A DNA stretch of 58,683 bases from Nitrospira japonica (GTDB lineage: Bacteria > Nitrospirota > Thermodesulfovibrionia > Thermodesulfovibrionales > SM23-35): assembly GCA_020725385.1 (NCBI GenBank), contig DYFC01000013.1, positions 1 to 58,683 on the forward strand. The letters are read 5' to 3'. Under the pieces are notes generated by a model. The model was given only the letters and a program-made list of their open reading frames with translations, was not told where the DNA came from and ran no database searches. Shown here in pieces: positions 8,848 through 17,162 of this stretch. The translations under genes and the position numbers were made by a program. The number at the start of each line of letters is the position of its first letter. Position 1 is the stretch's first letter.

Positions 8848-11280
8848 ATGCAGAAAATAAGAATATACGAGCTTGCAAGAAAATTAGGTGTTCCTAATAA
8901 AATTATAATTGTGGAACTTGCCAATCTTGGCATAGAAGGCAAGACCCATTCATCCAATATCGAACCCGAACTTGCTTTGAAAGTTGAACAAACAATACGT
9001 AGAAAACGCGGAGAAACAATTGTTGAAATTACTCCCGAGACTAAAAAAGAAGAGATTAAAGAAAAAGAAACTGTACTTCCTGCTGAACAGCCTGTTTCAG
9101 AAAAAATAAAGGAAGAAAAACCATATATTCCTGAAAAAGAAAAAATAAAACCGGTTATAGAGCCCAAGAAAGAGGAGGCGATAAAACCAAAGATTGTAAA
9201 ACCGGAACCCGAAAAACCCAAACTTGAGAAACCAAAACCCCAGAAATCCGAACAGATAGTTAAGGAAATAAAAACTCATGAAATCAGACAACCTATAATA
9301 TCTGAAGAAGAAGAAGAAACAAAAATCCCTGATAGATTTAAAAAAGAAATCGAAGTAGAAAAAATAGAAAAATTCAAGACAAAACCCGGAATGCAAAGAG
9401 CCTTTCAAACTATCAGAAAAATAGAGCCGAAAAAATGGCATGATCAAAGAATTGCCAAACGTCCTGGCAAATTCAGACAGATGCCTGTTGAGGAGAAAAA
9501 AGTTCAGGTTGCACCGGTTATTCAAAGGAAAAAAACACTTAAATTGCAGGAAGGCACGACTGTAAAGGAGTTCGCAGAACTTATTAGTGTTAAGCTTTCT
9601 GATGTTATAAAGAAGTTTATGGAACTTGGCTACATGCCTACAATTAATCAGCCGGTGGATACAGACGCAGCTTTGCTTATAGCCGATAGTTTTGGTGTCA
9701 AATTGGAACTCGCTGCTGTTGAAGAAGATATTCTTGAACAGGAAGTTCAGGAAGAAGCAAGTACCATGATTCAACGTCCACCTGTTGTAACTATTATGGG
9801 ACATGTTGATCATGGAAAGACATCCTTGCTCGATGCAATAAGAGAAACAAAAGTTACAGAATCAGAAGCAGGTGGAATTACCCAGCATATTGGTGCTTAT
9901 AAAGTTAACCTGGAAGGGAAAGATATTGTATTTCTCGATACTCCGGGACATGAAGCATTTACCTCGATGAGAGCAAGAGGAGCGAAGGTTACGGATATTG
10001 TAGTTCTTGTTGTAGCTGCGGATGACGGAGTAATGCCACAAACAGTTGAAGCTATTAATCATGCTAAAGCTGCAAATGTTCCTATTGTTGTTGCCATTAA
10101 TAAAATAGACAAACCTGAAGCTAACATATCAAAAGTTAAAAATGAACTTGCCGAGCATGGAATAATTTCAGAAGAATGGGGCGGCCAGAATATTTTTGTT
10201 GAAGTTTCTGCGAAAAAAAGAATCGGTATAGAAAAGCTTCTCGAAATGATACTCCTTCAGGCTGAAATAATGGAATTAAAAGCCAATCCTGACAAACAGG
10301 CGAGAGGTACAATTATAGAAGCAAAACTTGATAAGGGCAGAGGACCTGTTGCTACTGTTCTTGTGCAATCAGGAACTTTAAAGGTTGGGGATGCTTTTCT
10401 TGCAGGTATTCATTCAGGTAAAGTGAGAGCATTAATAGATGATACCGGAAGAAGGATTAATGAAGCAGGACCCTCAACACCCGTTGAAGTAATTGGTTTT
10501 TCCGAAGTTCCTTCATCAGGAGATATTTTTACTGTAGTGGATGATGAAAAACGGGCAAGACAGATAGCCCTTGCAAGGCAACAAAAACAAAAACTTGCCG
10601 AAATCGCAAAAGCAAAAAAACTGACACTTGATGAAGTATATGCAAAAATTAAAGAAGGTGAAATAAAGGAATTAAATATAATAATTAAAGGTGATGTTCA
10701 GGGTTCGGTTGAAGCGATTAAAGATGCTTTTGAGAATATCACACACCCTCAGGTAAAAGTTAAGGTTATACACACATCTGTTGGTGGCATAAATGAATCA
10801 GATGTGATGCTCGCAACAGCATCAAGTGCTATAATTATAGGATTTAATGTTAGACCTGAAATCAAAGCTTCTCAAATTGCCGAAAAAGAAGGTGTTGATA
10901 TAAGACTTTATAATGTTATATATGAAGCTATTGAAGATGTTAAAAAAGCTCTCGAAGGTCTTCTTGAACCCACACTTAAGGAAAAGACACTGGGTAGAGC
11001 AGAAGTCAGACAGACATTCCCTATATCAAGAATCGGTACAGTTGCAGGATGTTATGTCCTTGATGGTACTATAAGCAGGGCAAGTGACGGTGTAAGAATA
11101 ATAAGAGATAATATTGTTGTTTATGAAGGGAAAATAGGTTCTTTGAAAAGGATAAAAGAAGATGTCAGGGAAGTACAAAGTGGCTATGAATGTGGCATTC
11201 TAATAGAGAATTTCAATGATATTAAAGTCGGGGATATAATAGAAAACTACGTAATAGAAAAGATTGCTGCTAAACTTTAA
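8848..11280 (+). CDS. infB: translation initiation factor IF-2
   Basis: [11 protein letters not shown]-terminus, [21 protein letters not shown]. Confidence 0.98.
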   Translation: MQKIRIYELARKLGVPNKIIIVELANLGIEGKTHSSNIEPELALKVEQTIRRKRGETIVEITPETKKEEIKEKETVLPAEQPVSEKIKEEKPYIPEKEKIKPVIEPKKEEAIKPKIVKPEPEKPKLEKPKPQKSEQIVKEIKTHEIRQPIISEEEEETKIPDRFKKEIEVEKIEKFKTKPGMQRAFQTIRKIEPKKWHDQRIAKRPGKFRQMPVEEKKVQVAPVIQRKKTLKLQEGTTVKEFAELISVKLSDVIKKFMELGYMPTINQPVDTDAALLIADSFGVKLELAAVEEDILEQEVQEEASTMIQRPPVVTIMGHVDHGKTSLLDAIRETKVTESEAGGITQHIGAYKVNLEGKDIVFLDTPGHEAFTSMRARGAKVTDIVVLVVAADDGVMPQTVEAINHAKAANVPIVVAINKIDKPEANISKVKNELAEHGIISEEWGGQNIFVEVSAKKRIGIEKLLEMILLQAEIMELKANPDKQARGTIIEAKLDKGRGPVATVLVQSGTLKVGDAFLAGIHSGKVRALIDDTGRRINEAGPSTPVEVIGFSEVPSSGDIFTVVDDEKRARQIALARQQKQKLAEIAKAKKLTLDEVYAKIKEGEIKELNIIIKGDVQGSVEAIKDAFENITHPQVKVKVIHTSVGGINESDVMLATASSAIIIGFNVRPEIKASQIAEKEGVDIRLYNVIYEAIEDVKKALEGLLEPTLKEKTLGRAEVRQTFPISRIGTVAGCYVLDGTISRASDGVRIIRDNIVVYEGKIGSLKRIKEDVREVQSGYECGILIENFNDIKVGDIIENYVIEKIAAKL

Positions 11281-11387
11281 ATTAGATTCTTCTAACATAT
11301 AAAAGAATTCAAATATGAAAATTCATTCCTTAATTTTGACACTTCAAAAGTATTTAGTTATCAGTAAAAAATAGAAAGAGGTGGAAG

Positions 11388-11747
11388 ATGCTTCCGTATA
11401 AACGTTCAAAAAGAGTGGGCGACCTTCTTAGAGAACAGATTGCCGAGATAATCCAGTATAAATTAAAAGATCCGAGAAAGGGATTCATCACTGTCACAGG
11501 AGTTGATGTCACCGATGATCTCAAACTTGCATTTGTATATGTTAGTGTTTTGAAAGAAGAAGATAAAGAGCTTTCCCTTGAGATACTGAATTCGGCTAAA
11601 AGCTTTATCAGAACAGAGCTCGGTAGAAGAATTAGAATCAAGACTATACCGGGTCTGGAATTCAGGATAGATACATCTATAGCTTATGGAAGTAGAATAG
11701 AAGAGCTTCTTGAGGAAATAAGGAGGAAGGGTGAAGGTTCCATCTGA
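11388..11747 (+). CDS. rbfA: ribosome-binding factor A
   Basis: KDPRKGFITVTGV..DLK.A motif; follows infB. Confidence 0.95.
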   Translation: MLPYKRSKRVGDLLREQIAEIIQYKLKDPRKGFITVTGVDVTDDLKLAFVYVSVLKEEDKELSLEILNSAKSFIRTELGRRIRIKTIPGLEFRIDTSIAYGSRIEELLEEIRRKGEGSI

Positions 11748-12684
11748 CCTTTTATCATTTTTAGAACAAGAAGATAATTTTATAATCGCAACCCATATAA
11801 ATCCAGATGGAGATGCTCTTGGTTCAGCACTCGCTCTTATGTTTGCCCTCGAATCAAAAGGTAAAAAGGTTACAGTTTTTGATCGTGATAGGGTTCCTGA
11901 TTTTTATCGTTTCCTTCCCGGTCAGGAAAGAATTGTAAATATTCTGAATGAATCAGAAGTCAAGTCTAAAAATATTATTCTTGTTGACTGTAATAGTCTT
12001 GAAAGAACAGGACTTGATAATTTTACATTTAGAAAAACATCAGTAATCGACCATCATGAAATAGAAAAAAATTTTGGTGAAATAAAATGGATAGTACCTG
12101 AAATTGCTGCCACAGGCATATTGATTTTCCAAATTCTGAATCAGTTAAAAGTTACACTTACACCTGAAATTGCTACAAATCTTTATACAGCAATAGTAAT
12201 AGATACAGGTGCTTTCAGATATGCAAATACAAATGCGGATGTTTTACGCATAAGCGCTCAATTGATTGATGCCGGAGCAGACCCTGCTTATATTTCAAAT
12301 AACCTTTATGAGATGTGGTCTAATGGAAGGTTTAAACTTCTAATAAAAGTTCTAAATACTCTCGAAATACGTAATGAAATGGCATTTACCTTTGTCACGA
12401 AGCAAATGTTTGAAGAAACCGGAACATTTCCTGATGATACTGAAAATTTTGCCAATTTCCCAAGAATGATGGGGAATATAAAGGTATCTGTTTTATTAAG
12501 ACAGCTTGACGATGAAACATGGAAAATAAGCCTTCGTTCAAAAGGTAATGTCAATGTAGCAAAGGTTGCAGCTTTATTTGATGGCGGCGGACATAAAAAC
12601 GCTGCCGGCTGTAAAATAAAAGGCTCAATAGAAGAAGTCAAAAATAAATTGGCAGAGACTCTTCAGATAGTTTTAAACATTTAA
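11731..12684 (+). CDS. nrnA: DHH/DHHA1 phosphoesterase (NrnA family)
   Basis: HINPDGDALGS, IDHH, DTG and GGGHKNAAG motifs. Confidence 0.9.
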   Translation: MKVPSDLLSFLEQEDNFIIATHINPDGDALGSALALMFALESKGKKVTVFDRDRVPDFYRFLPGQERIVNILNESEVKSKNIILVDCNSLERTGLDNFTFRKTSVIDHHEIEKNFGEIKWIVPEIAATGILIFQILNQLKVTLTPEIATNLYTAIVIDTGAFRYANTNADVLRISAQLIDAGADPAYISNNLYEMWSNGRFKLLIKVLNTLEIRNEMAFTFVTKQMFEETGTFPDDTENFANFPRMMGNIKVSVLLRQLDDETWKISLRSKGNVNVAKVAALFDGGGHKNAAGCKIKGSIEEVKNKLAETLQIVLNI

Positions 12685-12692
12685 CTCATTTG

Positions 12693-12800
12693 TTCGTGAA
12701 TCGTTGTCTGTTAACCGTGTCCGTAAAATGTTAAACGTAAACACGTAAGGCGTTGAAACGTAGAGTGTAAATCTGAATGCCGGATAACGGATTTCGCAAT
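12693..12800. repeat. degenerate ~7-bp tandem repeats in a convergent intergenic region
   Basis: units such as TCGTGAA, TCGTTGT, CCGTAAA, ACGTAAA, ACGTAAG, GCGTTGA, then CGGATAA, CGGATTT. Confidence 0.45.
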
Positions 12801-12807
12801 ATATGTA

Positions 12808-13788
12808 TTATTTGAGATGGTATTCTACGATGTCTTTGTCATGTAAGATATAGTCTTTTTGCACTCTTTGTCCGCCGAACTTTGCAGAACCCCAGATACA
12901 AACATACTTAAAATTGCTAAGAAAATCTTTATGTATCATTTCTGCAAGTTCAAGAACAGTCGAGCCTGACGGAAGTATAAAAGGAGTAGTTTTATCAGGT
13001 TCTTTGCCGGGTTCTTTTGAGTAAACCCTGATTATTCTGGAATTTTCAAATATTGTTCTTCGTAGTTCTTCGAGGCCGTCTTTTTTAATCGTAGAAATCT
13101 TAACGACAGGAAAAAGATAATCAAAAGATTTCAAAAGCTTCTCAGAATCTTCAATAGTTTCAAGAAGATCAATTTTGTTTGCAACCAATATTATAGGTTT
13201 GTCTTGAGAACTATCGCTTGATGGTTCATTCTTTTTAATTAGTTTAATCTTCCAATTTTCTAATTGTTCAATTAAAAGTTCTACCTGTATATCAGGATCT
13301 TCTGATATATCAATAATCAACAATAACATATCAGCTACTCTCAGAATGCCCGAAACCCAACCATCTGTTGATTCATTCCCGATGGGAGGTAGATCTACAA
13401 GCTGGAATTGAATATCTTCAAAAGGCATCATGCCTGCTAAAGGCATAATAGTTGAAACAGGATAATCAGCGATAACAGGATTTGCGTTTGTCAATGATTT
13501 TAAGAGAGATGATTTTCCTGAATTTGCAAAACCAACAAGTGCAATCTGAGCAGCGCCCTGTTTCTCTACGGTATAGATATCTCCCTTGCCTGATTTTTTC
13601 TTTTTTATCGCTTCTTCTCTTAGTTGAGAAAGCTTTCTTCTCATATCAGCTCTGAGCTTATCGGTGCCTTTATGTTTTGGAATCGTCGCGATAAGCTCCT
13701 CAAGAGCGTATATCTTTTCCTGGGGACTTATAGCTTCCCTGAATTGTTTTTCTGCTGCATAATATTCAGGCGGAAGATTTGCAGGCAT
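12808..13788 (-). CDS. DRG-like OBG-family GTPase with TGS domain
   Basis: MPANLPPEY..PKHKGTDKL N-terminus; G1 GFANSGKS, G3 DLPP, G4 NKID; TGS end WGSAKFGGQRV..DKDIVE. Confidence 0.85.
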   Translation of the reverse strand: MPANLPPEYYAAEKQFREAISPQEKIYALEELIATIPKHKGTDKLRADMRRKLSQLREEAIKKKKSGKGDIYTVEKQGAAQIALVGFANSGKSSLLKSLTNANPVIADYPVSTIMPLAGMMPFEDIQFQLVDLPPIGNESTDGWVSGILRVADMLLLIIDISEDPDIQVELLIEQLENWKIKLIKKNEPSSDSSQDKPIILVANKIDLLETIEDSEKLLKSFDYLFPVVKISTIKKDGLEELRRTIFENSRIIRVYSKEPGKEPDKTTPFILPSGSTVLELAEMIHKDFLSNFKYVCIWGSAKFGGQRVQKDYILHDKDIVEYHLK

Positions 13789-13852
13789 AATAAAATATAA
13801 CATAAAATAATTTTTGAAAATATCTATTTGCGACTTTAGCCACATTTAGTTA

Positions 13853-13881
13853 CCCCCTGATTTTGTTTATAAATCGGGGGG
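13853..13881. terminator. GC-rich hairpin downstream of the cytochrome gene, possible terminator or REP-like unit
   Basis: CCCCCTGATTT ... AAATCGGGGGG. Confidence 0.35.
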
Positions 13882-13965
13882 GGAGTGTGTATTGTTCTTA
13901 ATGATAGGAGAAGGATTCGAAGAATTAAAAATAGAGAACTGACACGGACTTTTGTTCGGAACCGA

Positions 13966-15063
13966 TTATTTTTTCTGCGTATGGCAGGTGAAACAGCCTC
14001 CGGAGCCCCCTCCGCCTGCAACCATAGAAGAATAATCCCATCTTAATAAGTCAGGATAAGGACTGCCATGTGCAACATGACAGGAAAGGCACATAACCAT
14101 ATCAGAGCCAGGAGTTACAGTAGAGCTCGGACCTCCAGTCCAGTTAAAAGTAGTTACATCTCTTGCAACTGGTACCATTGGATTATATGTTGTTGAAATC
14201 GAAGCATATTCCCCTGAATTTGGAATTATTGCATCTGAAGGATGTCGCGACCACGGATTTCCTGCTACTTCATCACCAATCCTCTGGTCAATATGAAAAA
14301 GTCCATGACATCCTGTGCAATAAGCTGTTGTTGTATATCTTTGCGGATAATCCTGTGCATCAAATCCAAAACCTCCATAGTAAACATACCCCGAATATTC
14401 ATTATGTGAGCTTGCTGTTGCACCATAATTCCATTTCTCATGCTCTATACCTATAACACCTTTACCTCCACCTGCAATGTGTCCTGCAAGAAAACGATAC
14501 CAACCCTGTGATGCTGAATTTACAAATTTTGTACCTGTTCCATCATTAGCGTGATGGTAACCTTTTGGGTAACCATTGGTTGTTACCATATGACATTTTG
14601 TACATCCCTGCCTCCCGTCAAGATTAGGGAACCCTGAATTCGAGACTATTTTATTTAAATTTGCATGACAGCTATTTGTTGCACAAAAAGCAAGACCCTG
14701 GTCTCCGGGGGCAGCAGATAAGTTATTATCATCATTGTTTAAAAAAACATTATGCCCTTTAGTGTCATCTATAGTTACCCAATAAAAATTTCCACCAGCA
14801 AGAGTATTTGTGCCAAAAGTAGGTTTAGAAGTTGAGTAAACATAAGGTGTTGTATTAGATCCTGTGTTTATACCAGTATGGCATCCGACACAATTGTTTA
14901 CGAGAAGAATTCCAAATGGACCTCCTGATACAACTTCAACCCCATTTTGACTGTTATGCATAGTATGACAATTAACACATGGTCCAGTTACTTTTGCATA
15001 TACAAAATTATTACTAAGCAATAAAAAAATAATAAAAATTAATAATGCTATTTTAGCTTTCAT
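13966..15063 (-). CDS. secreted multiheme c-type cytochrome, OmcS-like motif order
   Basis: Sec signal peptide ending VYA; six CXXCH (CVNCH, CVGCH, CTKCH, CTGCH, CLSCH, CFTCH) plus one CX4CH (CATNSCH). Confidence 0.9.
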   Translation of the reverse strand: MKAKIALLIFIIFLLLSNNFVYAKVTGPCVNCHTMHNSQNGVEVVSGGPFGILLVNNCVGCHTGINTGSNTTPYVYSTSKPTFGTNTLAGGNFYWVTIDDTKGHNVFLNNDDNNLSAAPGDQGLAFCATNSCHANLNKIVSNSGFPNLDGRQGCTKCHMVTTNGYPKGYHHANDGTGTKFVNSASQGWYRFLAGHIAGGGKGVIGIEHEKWNYGATASSHNEYSGYVYYGGFGFDAQDYPQRYTTTAYCTGCHGLFHIDQRIGDEVAGNPWSRHPSDAIIPNSGEYASISTTYNPMVPVARDVTTFNWTGGPSSTVTPGSDMVMCLSCHVAHGSPYPDLLRWDYSSMVAGGGGSGGCFTCHTQKK

Positions 15064-15363
15064 AAAGTTACCCCCAATTGCAATAAAAGCATTTGCTATA
15101 TATTAAACAAAAAATTTCAAATTTATCAACATTTATTTTAGCTTTTGATAATTTTTTGTTATTTTTTTATTTTGGCTTTGAAACTATAAACTTTACGAAG
15201 TGTGATTAAGAAATGGTTCAAACTGTTAAAGATGTTTAATGGCTCTAACAGTCAATGAATTTTTTCAACATCTACAACTTTCTTTAGGTTTAAATTGTCT
15301 TTTCCCGTAGTTAAATTCATCTCAAATGTTGATAGCAATTCACGCCGAATTTTGAAAACCTCA

Positions 15364-15462
15364 AGATTTCTCGCTTCGCTCGAAATGACAATTTGCTCGA
15401 GACAACAATAAAGAAGGTTCGCATTATCATTTCGAAGGAGAGTATAAGCGATCGAGGAATCC
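15364..15462. repeat. pair of oppositely oriented REP-like palindromic units
   Basis: AGATTTCTCGCTTCGCTCGAAATGACA (15364-15390) and a degenerate inverted copy TCATTTCGAAGGAG...CGAGGAATCC (15427-15462). Confidence 0.6.
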
Positions 15463-15585
15463 TTCCTCTTTTTCACCGAGAATTGCTGAAATCTGGAAAG
15501 AATGGTTGATTTTATTGTCTTCTGTATGGTATAAAAATTAGATTTCCTAAATAGCTAATGAAAATAATTTATAAGGAGAAGCTTA

Positions 15586-15939
15586 ATGAATGTATATGAA
15601 AATATGGTTATACTGAACGCAGGAATATCTGATGAGGAAGCTGAATCTGCAATAGCAAAAATTAAAGAAATTATCATAGGTCAAGGTGGGGAGGTTTTAA
15701 AAGTTGATGTATGGGGACGCAGAAAACTTGCTTATGAAATAAAAAAACAGAAGAAGGGATTGTTTGTACTTCTCCTTTATAAAACACCTGCTAAGACTAT
15801 AAAGAAATTAGAAGAATTCTATAAAGTATTCGATGTGATAATTAAATATATGATAATAAAGCTCGAGAAAAAACAGGTTCAGGCCATTGAAAAACGCGAG
15901 GCTACCGAACAATCAATCGAACAAAAGAGTGAAGCATAA
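15586..15939 (+). CDS. rpsF: 30S ribosomal protein S6
   Basis: YENMVIL..WGRRKLAYEIKK. Confidence 0.96.
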   Translation: MNVYENMVILNAGISDEEAESAIAKIKEIIIGQGGEVLKVDVWGRRKLAYEIKKQKKGLFVLLLYKTPAKTIKKLEEFYKVFDVIIKYMIIKLEKKQVQAIEKREATEQSIEQKSEA

Positions 15940-16344
15940 GTGTTTAATAAAATAATTTTGATCGGTAATCTTACAAAAGATCCTGAACTAAGATATACTC
16001 CGCAGGGCACACCTGTAACATCATTCAGACTTGCTGTTAATACAAGATATAAACAATCGGATGAAATGAAGCAGGATACTCTTTTTATTGATAATATAGT
16101 TTTCGGGAAGCAGGCTGAGAATGTAAGTAAATATCTTAATAAAGGAAGCGCTGTTCTCATTGAAGGAAGACTTCAGGAAAGAAGATGGGAAAGCAACGGA
16201 CAGCAGAAAAGCAAATTTGAGGTTATAGTACAGAATGTGAGATTTCTCTCTAAGAGAGGAACTTCTCCAGATCAAACATTGGGAAGCGATTTAGAAGGTG
16301 ATTTTACGATGCCCGATGAAACAACCGATTTAGAACCGTTTTAA
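15940..16344 (+). CDS. ssb: single-stranded DNA-binding protein
   Basis: NKIILIGNLTKDPELRYT and acidic DLEPF tail. Confidence 0.96.
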   Translation: MFNKIILIGNLTKDPELRYTPQGTPVTSFRLAVNTRYKQSDEMKQDTLFIDNIVFGKQAENVSKYLNKGSAVLIEGRLQERRWESNGQQKSKFEVIVQNVRFLSKRGTSPDQTLGSDLEGDFTMPDETTDLEPF

Positions 16345-16373
16345 ATAAAATCAGAAAATAGAAAGGAGTTACT

Positions 16374-16598
16374 TTGCAACAAAAAAGATTTCAGAGAAGG
16401 AAATTTTGTAGATTTTGTTCGGAAAAGGTGGAGTATATTGATTACAAAAATATCAAACTCCTTAGAAATTATCTCACCGAGAGAGGAAAAATTCTTCCGC
16501 GCAGAATGACAGGCACCTGTGCAAAGCATCAAAGGGAACTTACAGAATCTATTAACAGGGCAAGAAGCATTGCTTTGCTTGCCTACGCTGAAAAGTAG
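16374..16598 (+). CDS. rpsR: 30S ribosomal protein S18
   Basis: [27 protein letters not shown]. Confidence 0.97.
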   Translation: MQQKRFQRRKFCRFCSEKVEYIDYKNIKLLRNYLTERGKILPRRMTGTCAKHQRELTESINRARSIALLAYAEK

Positions 16599-16599
16599 G

Positions 16600-16881
16600 A
16601 TGAGGATTCCAAAAACCTGGGTTCCTTTGATCGCAAACAGGATCATAGATAATTTAACAAAGAAAAATCTTATAAAGCCTTTAGTTTCCCATGAGAAGCT
16701 GTTAGCCGAAACAGAAGCTCTTTTGCTTGAAGAGCTTACTATTGAAGACAGACTGAACGAGGAAGTAAGGGAATTACTAAGGTCGCATTCTTTAGAGATA
16801 GAAAAAGGTAAGCTTGATTATAGAAAACTTTTCGAACTTACCAAACAGAAGCTTGTTAAGGAGAGAAATCTTGTTTTATGA
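16600..16881 (+). CDS. DUF507 family protein
   Basis: MRIPKTWV..EDRLNEEVRELL..DYRKLF..KLVKER; ATG 1 nt after the rpsR stop. Confidence 0.75.
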   Translation: MRIPKTWVPLIANRIIDNLTKKNLIKPLVSHEKLLAETEALLLEELTIEDRLNEEVRELLRSHSLEIEKGKLDYRKLFELTKQKLVKERNLVL

Positions 16882-17162
16882 TGCTCTCGGATGAAAAAAT
16901 ATCCCATATGACTCACATGCTATATAAAGGACTCATAAAAGGGAAACTCATTGAGTTGCTTGATGAGGAAACAAAAGTACGCAATGAGATAAAACGCACA
17001 ATTATTTCTGAACTAAAGATAGGTGAAGAGATTGACTCAATAGTTAGAAAAAAACTTCAGTCCTTTTCAAGAAAAATAGTCGAGGGAAGCCCTGAGTGGG
17101 AAATACTCTACAAAAAATTTTACAGGGAAGAAGAAATAAAGAGAGGCAGAGCCTCCAGCTAA
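16878..17162 (+). CDS. DUF507 family protein (second paralogue)
   Basis: LSDEKISHM..VRKKLQSFSRKIVEGSPEWEILYKKFY.EE; ATGA overlap with the previous gene. Confidence 0.8.
   Translation: MMLSDEKISHMTHMLYKGLIKGKLIELLDEETKVRNEIKRTIISELKIGEEIDSIVRKKLQSFSRKIVEGSPEWEILYKKFYREEEIKRGRASS

Noticed and set aside
9097-9813. 238-aa Phe-rich minus-strand ORF
   Set aside because: Antisense shadow of the Lys/Glu-rich IF-2 N-terminus.
15210-15300. possible 9-bp periodic repeats
   Set aside because: Too degenerate to distinguish from AT-rich background by eye.
15252-15476. 74-aa minus-strand ORF
   Set aside because: It is largely a translation of the REP-like units (VISSEARNL), with no protein features.
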